From a bacterium (lineage in GTDB: Bacteria; UBA8248): 64,000 nucleotides of DNA. The notes under the pieces are model-generated. The model saw nothing but the letters and a program-made list of their open reading frames with translations. It was not told the DNA's origin and did not search any database. Where the stretch lies: positions 1,024,001 to 1,088,000 of the forward strand of contig OZ253442.1 in NCBI GenBank assembly GCA_965261085.1, in the 5' to 3' direction. Position numbers and translations under genes: made by a program. Shown here in pieces: positions 1 to 9,705 of this stretch (its first letter is position 1; every line of letters begins with the position of its first letter).

Positions 1-329
1 GTCCGCCGACCAAGCATTTCGCGCTCCTCACTCGTCATCTTCTCCGCCATTTGCTCGGGACTCGGGTCGAGAAACACGGTGGGTCCCAGCGCGCCATAGA
101 GCATCAGGTACTGAACCCCCGTGGGGACGCTCGCATCATCCGTGTGGTGGACGACTCCGCGAATTCTCTCCTCACGCTCGGGCGTCACTACGTTTTTTAC
201 GTGCGCCGCCCACAGGTAGCCCGGACGCGCGAGCGCCTGAGGTATATGGGCTTCATGAAGCCAGGAAATATATTCATCTTCACCTTCCTCGGGAAGGTCG
301 TACCATACCGCCCAGATTCCTCGGTCCAT
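1..329 (-). CDS. Hypothetical protein (EthD/dimeric alpha-beta barrel-like), 3' end runs off the window
   Basis: Hand translation from ATG at 329: MDRGIWAVWYDLPEEGEDEYISWLHEAHIPQALARPGYLWAAH..., open to position 1; follows the CMD gene on the same strand. Confidence 0.65.
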   Translation of the reverse strand, partial: MDRGIWAVWYDLPEEGEDEYISWLHEAHIPQALARPGYLWAAHVKNVVTPEREERIRGVVHHTDDASVPTGVQYLMLYGALGPTVFLDPSPEQMAEKMTSEEREMLGRR

Positions 330-367
330 TTATGGGTTCCTCTCTTTGGAGTGATTCATGGACGCCT

Positions 368-1021
368 TCATTCGTTAGGCTGCGGGAAGGCGTCCGGCCA
401 GTTGTCCAAAACTTCCTGTAAGAATTTTTTAAGCTTTTCCGGGTCCGGTCGAAGACGGCCCACGTCCTCGACGATTTCCACCTCATCGTTCGGCAGCTTC
501 AGGGAGTCGTGGTAGCGGTTTCGCATGTTGAAGTAGCTGATGACGAAGGTGAGCTCGACGAACTCGGCGTCCGTGAAATGGCTTTGCACCTCCCCGGCCA
601 CGTCGTCCCTGAATTTGGCGGTGTTTCGCGTCACGTGCTCGGCCCACAGGACGGTCGCTTTCTCCTTAGGACCGAGGAGCGGTGAATCCATGTAGTCGTC
701 CGAGCCGATGGCGGCGACGTGCTCATCCGTGATTCCCAGCACCCGGCCGAGAGCGGTGTTGTGGGCGAGTCAGTAGTCACACCCGTTCATCTGGCTGGTT
801 TTGATGACGGCGATTTCTTTGATTTTCGAGGAGAGGACGGTGCCGAGCCCCTCGCGCATCAGGGTCTGAACGAGGGGATAGAAAATGCGGGCGAGAAACG
901 GGGAGTGCGCCGTCGCCCGGGTGGAATTGACCTGCCTGCGCTGGAAGTTACCCAGGATGTCGAAAGTGCGCGCGATCTCCCCCTCGGCGCCTTCTCTGCC
1001 GAGCAACGGGACTCTGGACAT
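368..1021 (-). CDS. AhpD/carboxymuconolactone decarboxylase-family protein, probable selenoprotein (CxxU; TGA at 770-772)
   Basis: ORFs 770..1084 and 368..742 share a frame; readthrough gives ...KEIAVIKTSQMNGCDY-U-LAHNTALGRVLGITDE..., matching the AhpD E-x7-N-x-C-x-Y-C-x2-H pattern; 217 aa from ATG 1021. Confidence 0.85.
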
Positions 1022-1324
1022 GAACCCACTCCTTCTTGAATGCGTGTTCCGGGGTTTTCTCTGGTGAATAGTGAATCTTCCCACATCGGACGTAATCTTT
1101 CACGCCGGTTTAAGGTTCCACCTCAAAGAGGCCTCTCGAATCAAAGGGAGAAACCCGCCTTCGAGCCTCTTCTCAGGATGACACGCACGGCGATTCTTGC
1201 TAGTCTTTTTCCATACGAAAAGTAAGATTCAAGAGTGACGACGCATCCAGGAATCAAGGCTGTGGCCTCGACGGCGGTATGAAGGAGGGCAGCGTGTATT
1301 CCACAACCGCTTAGGGGGCCGGAC

Positions 1325-1801
1325 GTGCGAAAAGCCGATGTCTACACAGCGGTCGTTTTTCTGCTCTATAGCCTCATCGGCTTTTTCTATATCATTCCCA
1401 CCCAGATTCAATACGCCATTCCGCCCGAAGAAGTTTCGAACGCCGTCTTCCTGCCGACGTTTTTTCCCACCTCGGCCGTCGTTACCTTCGGGTTGGTGAG
1501 CCTCGTGTTCCTGTTCGGAGCGCTCAGGAGAAATGAAGTGGGCGCGCAAGTGATTACGAGCAAAAGGGCGCTCTTGCAAGTCTGCGCCGTTTTCGTCCTC
1601 TGCTACGTCTACGTCGAGTCTATGGCGTATTTCGGCTTTCTGGCGAGTTCTCCCGTTTTTCTCGCGATCCTGGTCACCTTTATGGGCACGCGCGACTGGC
1701 GATACGTCGTCTCCATGTCCATTCTGTTCCCCATCGTGGTGAATTATTTCTTCTGGTTCGCCTTCAAGCTGGCGCTGCCCGAAGGCAGCCTCTTTAATTA
1801 A
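1325..1801 (+). CDS. tctB: Tripartite tricarboxylate transporter small membrane subunit
   Basis: About 4 hydrophobic segments, C-terminal F..LALPEG motif, directly upstream of tctA. Confidence 0.8.
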   Translation: MRKADVYTAVVFLLYSLIGFFYIIPTQIQYAIPPEEVSNAVFLPTFFPTSAVVTFGLVSLVFLFGALRRNEVGAQVITSKRALLQVCAVFVLCYVYVESMAYFGFLASSPVFLAILVTFMGTRDWRYVVSMSILFPIVVNYFFWFAFKLALPEGSLFN

Positions 1802-1809
1802 GGTCGCAT

Positions 1810-3348
1810 ATGTTCGAGCAGATACTCCAGGGAATCACGATGGCGCTCACATGGCAGGGTCTGGCCATGATAGCGGTGGGCGTCTTCGTGGGCATCACGG
1901 TGGGCGCGATTCCGGGGCTCACCAGCGTGATGGCGACCGCGATCCTGGTACCCTTCTCCTTTTTCATGCCCCCCGTGCTGGGCATTCCCTTTTTGCTGGG
2001 GATTCACAAGGGAACCCTCTTCGGCGGCTCCATCCCCGCCATCCTGGTGAACACGCCGGGGACCGCGCCCGCGGCTGCGACTTGTCTGGACGGGTTTCCG
2101 CTCGCGCAAAAAGGAGAGGCGAGGAGCGCTATTCAGATGGCGCTGTTTTCCTCCACCATCGGGGATACCTTCAGCGATCTCGTCCTCATCCTGGCGGCGC
2201 TTCCGCTGGCCGCGGTGGCGCTCCTGTTCGGGCCGGCCGAGTTTTTCGGGCTCCTGCTCATGGGGATGGCCATCATCTCCAGCGTGACGGGGACCTCCGT
2301 GGTGAAGGGGGTGCTTTCCGCCCTCATCGGACTCCAACTCGGCATGGTGGGTACGGACATCGTCTCGGGAGGGGAGCGCTTCACGTTCGGCCTTCCCGGC
2401 CTGGCCGAGGGTGTGGCGGTGGTGCCCCTGCTCATCGGGCTTTTCGCCATGAGCGAGGTTTTCATCCAGGCGGAAAAGCGGGCCGTCGATTTGGCGCGTC
2501 CACCCGACGCCATGCGCCTGAGCGGGGGCAGGAAGCTGGAAATCATCGAAGTCTGGCATTCCGCGCGCACCATCCTGCGCTCGTCCATGATAGGCACATT
2601 CGTCGGCGCGATTCCGGGTACGGGAGCGGCCATCGCCACCTTCGTGAGCTACGCGGCGGCGAAACGCGCATCCAAAAAACCGGAAGAGTTCGGCCACGGC
2701 AGCTACGAGGGCGTCGCGGCTTCTGAAGCCGCCAACAGCGCGGTCGCGGGAGCGGACCTGATACCCACCCTCACGTTCGGAATCCCGGGGGATCCGAGCG
2801 CGGCAATCCTCATGGGCGCGTTCATCGCCCAGGGGCTGCGGCCGGGGCCGAGCCTTTTTCAGGAACACGCCCCCGTCATGTACGCCATCTTCACGCTTCT
2901 CTTGCTGGGCAACCCCATCATGCTGGTCCAGGGCTGGCTGCTCACGGGCATGTTCGCCAAGATCGTCACCATCCGGCAATCGATACTGGTGCCGGGCATC
3001 ATTATCTCCTGCCTCGTGGGGGCGTATGTCTATCACAGCAACCTGGGCGACCTCGTTCTGGCTCTCATCGCGGGCCTGTTCGGATACGGGTTGAGGAAAT
3101 TGAAATTTCCCATGGCCCCGCTCGTCATCGCGTTCATCTTGGCACCTCGGGCGGAGGAGGCCTTACAGCAGACGCTCATCATTTCGCGGGGCGATTTTTC
3201 CGTTTTCATCACCCGCCCCATCGCTGCTTTTTTCATCGGCATGACCATACTGATGCTGGCTTTAAGCATTTGGAGGCGTCCGTGGGCTTCGACCTTGAAG
3301 CCGCAAACGGGAGCCGATTCAACCAACTCCAAGGAGGAACCAAGATGA
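1810..3348 (+). CDS. tctA: Tripartite tricarboxylate transporter permease
   Basis: GAIPGL, GGSIPAILVNTPGT, EAANSA and LTFGIPG motifs. Confidence 0.92.
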   Translation: MFEQILQGITMALTWQGLAMIAVGVFVGITVGAIPGLTSVMATAILVPFSFFMPPVLGIPFLLGIHKGTLFGGSIPAILVNTPGTAPAAATCLDGFPLAQKGEARSAIQMALFSSTIGDTFSDLVLILAALPLAAVALLFGPAEFFGLLLMGMAIISSVTGTSVVKGVLSALIGLQLGMVGTDIVSGGERFTFGLPGLAEGVAVVPLLIGLFAMSEVFIQAEKRAVDLARPPDAMRLSGGRKLEIIEVWHSARTILRSSMIGTFVGAIPGTGAAIATFVSYAAAKRASKKPEEFGHGSYEGVAASEAANSAVAGADLIPTLTFGIPGDPSAAILMGAFIAQGLRPGPSLFQEHAPVMYAIFTLLLLGNPIMLVQGWLLTGMFAKIVTIRQSILVPGIIISCLVGAYVYHSNLGDLVLALIAGLFGYGLRKLKFPMAPLVIAFILAPRAEEALQQTLIISRGDFSVFITRPIAAFFIGMTILMLALSIWRRPWASTLKPQTGADSTNSKEEPR

Positions 3349-4337
3349 TGCGCAAATCATGGAAGATCGCTCTGGCGGTAGTCTTGTCGCTCGGGCTCCT
3401 CGCTTTCACCGCCCTGCCCGCTGCGGCGGCGGAGAAGTATCCCTCGAAACCCATCAAGATCATCGTGCCCTTAGGCGCGGGCGGCTCGCACGACCTCCAT
3501 GCGCGCGCCGTGGCCAGCGTGCTTCACCAATACATCGGCCAGCCGGCGTTCGTGCAGCTCATGCCGGGCGGCGGCGGGAAGATAGGGATGGGAGCGCTCA
3601 AGCGGGCCAAACCCGACGGCTACACCCTCTTGATGGGGTCGAACAGCCAGCTCTACCTGTCTACCCATGTGAAGGACATGGGTATTGACCCCTTCAAGGA
3701 TTTCATCCCCGTTTTTAAGATTAACGAGCTTCCCTATCTGCTGGTCTCGTTGGGGAACAGGCCCTGGAAGAATTTCAAGGAATACATCGCCGCGGCGAAA
3801 AAGAGCAAAGGCAAGATCATGCACGGCTCTACGGGAGCGTATGGCCTCAGCCACACCATGCTACTCAAGATCGCCTACGACACGAAGACGACGCTGAACC
3901 ATGTTCCCTTCCGTGGGGGCGGCCCCGCCATGCTCGCCATGCTGGGCGGACACGTGCAAACGGCGGGAGCCAACCCGGCGACGGGCGGCGTTCTCTCCAA
4001 CTACAAGTCCGGCAAAATACGCATTCTGGCCGTCGCCGCCGCGAAGCGATACAAAACGTTTCCGGATGTCCCGACTCTCAGGGAGGAGGGAGTAGACCTT
4101 CTCCTGCATTCGAAGCGAATCGTCATGGCGCCCGCGGGAACGCCCAAGGATCGCATCGACATCCTGGAGAAGGCCCTGCTCAAGATGTCCAAGGACAAGA
4201 CCTTCAAGCGCCTTCTCAAGAAGATGGGCGTTCGCTCCCAGCCGGTTGTCGGAGAGCAGCTCTTGAAGGAGTTGAAGGCGGAGTACAATAGCAACAAGAA
4301 TATTTTCAAAAATGCCGGGGTCAAAATTAGAAACTAA
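3345..4337 (+). CDS. tctC: Tripartite tricarboxylate transporter substrate-binding protein (Bug/TctC)
   Basis: Signal peptide, YPSKPIKIIVP.GAGG, PDGYTLL, HVPFRGGGPA; ATG 3345 after AAGGAGG overlaps the tctA stop. Confidence 0.9.
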   Translation: MMRKSWKIALAVVLSLGLLAFTALPAAAAEKYPSKPIKIIVPLGAGGSHDLHARAVASVLHQYIGQPAFVQLMPGGGGKIGMGALKRAKPDGYTLLMGSNSQLYLSTHVKDMGIDPFKDFIPVFKINELPYLLVSLGNRPWKNFKEYIAAAKKSKGKIMHGSTGAYGLSHTMLLKIAYDTKTTLNHVPFRGGGPAMLAMLGGHVQTAGANPATGGVLSNYKSGKIRILAVAAAKRYKTFPDVPTLREEGVDLLLHSKRIVMAPAGTPKDRIDILEKALLKMSKDKTFKRLLKKMGVRSQPVVGEQLLKELKAEYNSNKNIFKNAGVKIRN

Positions 4338-4548
4338 AGCCCGGGCGTTCATGAGAAGCGAGTCGTTTTGGCGGGGGTGGTCGTTCGCGCCCCCGCCTGC
4401 GGCTTTTCAGGGGAAAAAGCCTTGAGTCGGCGAGAAAGACCAAAGTTTCTGTAGAGGAAAGGACGATGGGGTGAAGTGTTTTCTCGCGCTTGAATACGAC
4501 GCGGCGTTGGTTTTTCCGGCATCTTGGCTTTTAGGCGGGAAGTGAATC

Positions 4549-5412
4549 ATGCGGCGCCTGAGCGATCACCTGGTGGCGGAGACCGAATATCTCTGGGCGA
4601 ACGTGGGCGCGGGCGTCACCGAGGTCGGCGTGGTGCTCATCGACTGCCCCGTACGGCCTTCGGATTCACGGGGCTGGCAAGGACAACTAAGGGCGCTTAG
4701 CCCCAAAGGCATCCGCTACCGCATTTCGACGGATTATCACGGCGATCACACCATCGGCTCCGCGTTCATCGAGGATGCGGGGGTCATCTCCATCGCTCCG
4801 CAGCGCGTGTTCGAGGCGCTCGCCGCGAAGGATAACCCTCTCGCAGGACGCGAGGCCTTCATCAACACCTTGAACGACATCGGCGCAACAGAGGAAGCAA
4901 ACGAAATAGCGCGAGCCGTCCTGCCCCTGCCGCAGGTGTGTTTCGATGAGGGGATGACGCTCCACTTACATCCCCTGACGTTCAAGATTTACCGCCTGGG
5001 CGGCCACACGCCCGCCTGCAGTTCGGTGTACGTGCCGGAGGAGGGCGTCATCTTCACGGGCGACGTCATGATAAACGAGCCGGGCCCCGGGATGCGCGAG
5101 GCCCGCTTTCGGGAATGGATAGGGGCGCTCGCGTGGATAGAGAGCCTGCCCGTGGCGCACGTCGTACCCGGCCACGGGGAGATATGCGGAACCGGCGAAG
5201 TGCGGCGTTTCAGGAACGGTTTCGAAGAGATGTGGGGGATGATGGAAGGCCTCGTGAAAAAAGGAACCGAGAAAGAAGCCGCCGCCGCAGACGCCTCGTT
5301 CGAGAAATTCTTCTGGTCCGATACGGGGCGGGGCGAATCCTGGATTGCGCACAGGAGAAGAACGTTCCGGCGGGGGCTTGAGAACCTCTACGCGGAGGTG
5401 AGGGAGGGTTAG
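4549..5412 (+). CDS. MBL-fold metallo-hydrolase
   Basis: TDYHGDH, GGHT, FTGD and VVPGHG motifs. Confidence 0.85.
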   Translation: MRRLSDHLVAETEYLWANVGAGVTEVGVVLIDCPVRPSDSRGWQGQLRALSPKGIRYRISTDYHGDHTIGSAFIEDAGVISIAPQRVFEALAAKDNPLAGREAFINTLNDIGATEEANEIARAVLPLPQVCFDEGMTLHLHPLTFKIYRLGGHTPACSSVYVPEEGVIFTGDVMINEPGPGMREARFREWIGALAWIESLPVAHVVPGHGEICGTGEVRRFRNGFEEMWGMMEGLVKKGTEKEAAAADASFEKFFWSDTGRGESWIAHRRRTFRRGLENLYAEVREG

Positions 5413-5414
5413 GT

Positions 5415-5831
5415 ATGCGAGCGGAAGAGAAGAGGCTGGGCCGCGTCTTTCATCTGGAATTCGATGAGGACGATGATTTTTTCGAGGAATTCAATCGCTT
5501 CGTGAAGGAGAAGAACATACGGAGCGCCTCGCTCATCGTGTTCGGCGCGCTCAAGGAATCAGACGTCCGCACGGGTTTCAGGGACATCATCGGCCCCTCG
5601 GCCAGGCGTTATTTCCACGACTGGCGCGAACTCATCGCCGTGGGGAACATCTCCTGGCCCGAAAAGCCTCCCGCCGTCCGGGTGGATGAAACGTGGGATG
5701 AACCCCAGCCGTATATCCACCTCCACCTGGCACTCAGTGGCGGCCCCTACCAGCCCGGAGAAATCCTGGTCGGCCACCTGAGCGGGGGAATCGTGAAGGG
5801 CATGTTCGCCGAAGTGCACGAGTTCATCTAA
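5415..5831 (+). CDS. DUF296/PPC-domain protein
   Basis: GNIS, IHLHLALS and LVGHL motifs. Confidence 0.75.
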   Translation: MRAEEKRLGRVFHLEFDEDDDFFEEFNRFVKEKNIRSASLIVFGALKESDVRTGFRDIIGPSARRYFHDWRELIAVGNISWPEKPPAVRVDETWDEPQPYIHLHLALSGGPYQPGEILVGHLSGGIVKGMFAEVHEFI

Positions 5832-5845
5832 GCGAGGGATATTCA

Positions 5846-6469
5846 ATGGAAGCGGACAGAAGAGCGCAGGAAAATATCGACAGGAGCGAGATAAAGGACG
5901 TTCTCTCCGTCGTGAACTATGCGCGCGACACAGGGCTTTGGGAGGAGTGGAGCGCCTGCTATCACCCGGACGCCACGCTCACGACATCGTGGTTCAGCGG
6001 AACGCGGGATGAATTCGTCGACGCCGCGAAAAAGATGAAAATCGCCCGCCACCCTGGAGAGAGCCAGAAGCACACCGTCACGAACCCCTGGGTTCGCCTG
6101 AAAGACACGCGCGCCGCGGCCGAGCACGACCTGATCCTCTACCAGAGAAGATTGATCGACGGCGTGGAGCTTGATTTCACGACCTGGAGCCGCGTCCTCG
6201 CCCTGCTGGAAAAGCGAGACGGCGCATGGCGCATCTGGAAGCGGACCAACATCTACGAAAAAGACAGGATGGACCCGTATAAGCCCGACGAACTCCCCCC
6301 TTCGTTCTACGCCTCCATCAATTTAGAAGGCTATCCCCACGCCATCCGCTACCATTGCTGGCGAAACGCGAAAATAGGCCATCCGCCCGCCACAAACATC
6401 GTCCTCCAGCACAGCGCGGAAGAACGCGCCGTCCGCGAGGAGGCGGAGGAGTGGCTGAAAGGGGCGTGA
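5846..6469 (+). CDS. SnoaL-like/NTF2-family protein
   Basis: YARDTG.W..W..CYHPDA and EKRDGAWRI motifs. Confidence 0.8.
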   Translation: MEADRRAQENIDRSEIKDVLSVVNYARDTGLWEEWSACYHPDATLTTSWFSGTRDEFVDAAKKMKIARHPGESQKHTVTNPWVRLKDTRAAAEHDLILYQRRLIDGVELDFTTWSRVLALLEKRDGAWRIWKRTNIYEKDRMDPYKPDELPPSFYASINLEGYPHAIRYHCWRNAKIGHPPATNIVLQHSAEERAVREEAEEWLKGA

Positions 6470-6512
6470 GGTAGGGGCCTGCACGGTGGGTTCTAGAGGG
6501 TCTAGTTTCGCG

Positions 6513-7202
6513 TTATTCGAACAACTCGGTTAGCCAATTTAGAAATGACTCGCTCGGTTTATTGTCCAGTGTCAAACCACCAGCGCCAATAGCCGCTCCC
6601 ATGCGTCCGGGTTCATATCTCGTTGCGAGCCATGCGAACAATTCGGCCTTTGGCATTTTGTCGCAGTTGAATTTGCGATGTTGCTTGGGGATATTTTGGA
6701 TGTATTCTTTAGAGAGTGGCCATACCGGGTCGTCATCGGGAACCATCTTTGCCGCGAAGTCTTCAAGTTCACCGGGTGACTTGTTGTTTGGCATCAGCCA
6801 GATTCCGATACGTGGTTTGCTGTCTATGATCGTTCCGTTCGGATCTGGAGCATCCGGGATTTCATCTAGGTCGAGTTGTGGATGTTTAATTTCGTCTGAC
6901 AGTTCGGAAGCTACTTGTTTTAGTTTGCAAGTTATTTGTTCCCACCGATTCGTTGGGTCGCTGTTGGCATCCACTAGTATTCCAAACACTTCTCTGCCGG
7001 AAGTTTTAATTCCCTGAGAAATTACTTTGATGAGGTTATCAAAGCCCTCTCTATCCGATATGCCAAATGAGGGCTTTGAGCCTTTATCCTTTTCCCATAG
7101 TTGTTTAACGAAATGGCGGTCATCTTGCCCTTCGACCAGCAGCAGAGAAGGATCAGTAGGCATGTTCAGTTGCAGAGAAGGAGGTGAATTAGCGGTGGGC
7201 AT
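6513..7202 (-). CDS. DUF3226-like (TOPRIM-like) protein
   Basis: LLVEGQDD, GILVDAN, GIWLMPNN..PGELEDF motifs; directly downstream of an AAA ATPase. Confidence 0.75.
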   Translation of the reverse strand: MPTANSPPSLQLNMPTDPSLLLVEGQDDRHFVKQLWEKDKGSKPSFGISDREGFDNLIKVISQGIKTSGREVFGILVDANSDPTNRWEQITCKLKQVASELSDEIKHPQLDLDEIPDAPDPNGTIIDSKPRIGIWLMPNNKSPGELEDFAAKMVPDDDPVWPLSKEYIQNIPKQHRKFNCDKMPKAELFAWLATRYEPGRMGAAIGAGGLTLDNKPSESFLNWLTELFE

Positions 7203-7207
7203 ACTTT

Positions 7208-8338
7208 CTACCTGACCTCGATGCCCTGTTCGGCGGCGACCTTTAGTTCATCTTCGGAATAAAAGACTGCCCAAACGTCTTCATCGTCCCGCTCAAGGCG
7301 GAAGAGAATACCCTCGGCATCTTCGTCATCGGTTGCCGCGTATGCGAAACCCCGTACGCAGTCCCAGCTATGGGTTGTGGCAAGAACCTGCGTATTGTTC
7401 TCGCGCGCCATCCGCAGCACCATGCGCCAGAAATCCGGCTGCACTGAGTGGTGGATGCCGTTTTCCGCTTCGTCGATCAGGAGTATACCGTCCCTACTGT
7501 TCGCCAACGCCAAGGCGACGCTGAAAAGGCGTATCGCCCCGTCTCCCAGGCTTTTCAGAGGAACGGGGTGGGAATGGCCCTCCAGCTTGACGATGACGCG
7601 GCGGCCATAGTGTATATATTCTTCTGCGGTAATGGCGATACGTTCTATCTTGTTTCCAAAGATCAGTCTCAGAGCATCAACTGCTCGAGCCTCGTTGTCG
7701 GTCAGTGAAATTTTATCCCAAAACCACGCTATCTCGGAGTTGGGAAGTAGACCCGGCCCCAAAGTCCTACACTTTATATCTTCAGGCAGATTTGAGCCTG
7801 TAACGAAACTCCAACTACCTTGGGGTAAGCGGCGACCTTCGAAGTGCGTTCTAGGAATTCCAGGTAATATGCGCCCTTCACCTCGAAATTTGACTTCGAA
7901 CCATTGGAAATCAGTATAGTGATATGAAGTTGACCTAAAGCCCTGGAGTGCCTCCTTTTTGTTACTAGGGTCTTGAAGAGCGTCCTTCAGAATCTTGAGT
8001 TGGTCAGACTCTTTTGATGGGCCGATTATGATGCGCGCATTTCCAGAGGCTTCCCGCCCATAGAAGAGGGCCTCTATGTTGGTTGCCAGAAACTCTTTGC
8101 CGTCGTCGTCTAACATGTTGGATATTTCATCGTGATTTTGCAGTGGGGTCCGCAAATCCCTACCTCGTGAGGCGAAAATGCTCACCGCTTCGAGTACAGT
8201 GGTCTTTCCGACGCCGTTCTTTCCGGCGAGCAGGGTCACGCGGCCCAAACGGGGCAGGGAGAGACTTTTAATCCCGCGAAATCCCTTGATTGTCAGATCA
8301 GGAAGGTGCAGGCCGTTGTTCGGTTGATCTTCAGGCAT
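7208..8338 (-). CDS. AAA_21/ABC-type ATPase
   Basis: Walker A GKNGVGKT, signature SLGDG, Walker B LLIDEAENGIH, ATTHS. Confidence 0.88.
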   Translation of the reverse strand: MPEDQPNNGLHLPDLTIKGFRGIKSLSLPRLGRVTLLAGKNGVGKTTVLEAVSIFASRGRDLRTPLQNHDEISNMLDDDGKEFLATNIEALFYGREASGNARIIIGPSKESDQLKILKDALQDPSNKKEALQGFRSTSYHYTDFQWFEVKFRGEGRILPGIPRTHFEGRRLPQGSWSFVTGSNLPEDIKCRTLGPGLLPNSEIAWFWDKISLTDNEARAVDALRLIFGNKIERIAITAEEYIHYGRRVIVKLEGHSHPVPLKSLGDGAIRLFSVALALANSRDGILLIDEAENGIHHSVQPDFWRMVLRMARENNTQVLATTHSWDCVRGFAYAATDDEDAEGILFRLERDDEDVWAVFYSEDELKVAAEQGIEVR

Positions 8339-8446
8339 TTCGCCTATCCCTTCGGGAGGTTTGTCAAGTTACAATATTAAAATCGCAAGTGCTATTCTCG
8401 CCACATTCGGCGCAGTGTCAACTTACTACCCATCCCAGTTCTCGCC

Positions 8447-9622
8447 TCACGGTTTCAGCTTCTCCATCAGCCAGTCCGCGATGTAGGTGACGCCGAGCGA
8501 GAGGTTGTCTCGCTGGCAGTGCTGGGAACCCCCCTCCTTGACGGTGAATATCTTGAGCGTCTTGTCCTTGGAGCCCACGGCGTTGAAAAGTTTGCGAGCG
8601 TCGCTCGTGGGCACCTGCTTGTCGTCTATGCCGTGGGTGAGCAGGAAGGGACAGCGCATCTTCTGCACCACGCCGTCCAGGCGGAAACCCTCGAGCTTTT
8701 TGAAGGTGTCCTCATAGTTTTTCGTGTTGAACACCCACATGATGTGGTGGCCGGGTACGGAGAGTTCCGTCTTCATGGAGGCGGCGACGCGCTTTTTCCA
8801 CGTCGCGTGATAATCCCAGCACGCCCCCCAGGCGACGCACGCCTTATAGCGTCTTTCCATGCTGGCGATGCGCGGGGCGTAGTATCCCCCCAGGCTGATG
8901 GCCACCACGGCGGCTTTGCCCGCGTTCACGTCCCCACGCGTTTCGAGATAATCGAGCGCGGCCGAACCCGCCACCTCGTAGTCGTGGCGCAGGTATTGCT
9001 CCCTGAAACGGATGGCCTCCCCGGTTCCCGGCCCGTCCATGACGAGACAACTCATGCCGCGCCGCACGAACTCCTCAGCACCCCGCAAGCATTGAATCTC
9101 CTTCGTGACGTCCAGACCGTCGAAGTAGACGACCACGGGCGGCTTGGCCTTTTTCGTGTTCTGCGCGTGGATGAAATAGCCCGGCAGGTTCACGCCGTTC
9201 TCAAAAGGCACCTCCACGCGCTCGATTCTGGGAGCGTCGGTGAGCTTCGTGAAGCGCAGAAAACTATCGAGCGCGAGCCTGTAGGCGTCTTTCGCCCGCT
9301 TGTCCTTGGGCGTGCGGAAGCGTTCCCCTATCTGGTAGTACATGGCGGCGCGCTTGTGGTGGTAGGCGGCGCTCAGGCGGTGGTTGTTCTCTTCCGCCGC
9401 CAGCCCCAGATCGCGCACCTTGTTCGCCATGCGAATCCATTCGCGGAACCACAGCGCGTCGTTACCGATGTCTTTTCTGAGCCGTCTGCCCACCTGATCG
9501 ACCTCGCCGATGTCGGCCCCGCCCCACGGAGCCACGGAGAGGCAGTTCACGACGCCGGAAGACCAGCGGTAATCCTCAGGAAAGTAGGTGAACCATCGGG
9601 TGTTGGCAGGTGCTTCCGGCAT
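8447..9622 (-). CDS. Alpha/beta hydrolase (2,6-dihydroxypseudooxynicotine hydrolase/FrsA-like)
   Basis: DGLDVTKE, DGPGTGE, nucleophile elbow AISLGGYYA, EGGSQHCQ. Confidence 0.8.
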   Translation of the reverse strand: MPEAPANTRWFTYFPEDYRWSSGVVNCLSVAPWGGADIGEVDQVGRRLRKDIGNDALWFREWIRMANKVRDLGLAAEENNHRLSAAYHHKRAAMYYQIGERFRTPKDKRAKDAYRLALDSFLRFTKLTDAPRIERVEVPFENGVNLPGYFIHAQNTKKAKPPVVVYFDGLDVTKEIQCLRGAEEFVRRGMSCLVMDGPGTGEAIRFREQYLRHDYEVAGSAALDYLETRGDVNAGKAAVVAISLGGYYAPRIASMERRYKACVAWGACWDYHATWKKRVAASMKTELSVPGHHIMWVFNTKNYEDTFKKLEGFRLDGVVQKMRCPFLLTHGIDDKQVPTSDARKLFNAVGSKDKTLKIFTVKEGGSQHCQRDNLSLGVTYIADWLMEKLKP

Positions 9623-9705
9623 GACGCGCTCCTCTTTTGGTGACGGAGTTCTCGTGGCTCCTTGTCCCGAGACCCTCTTTTAGTATGGTGGAATCAATCT
9701 AACCT

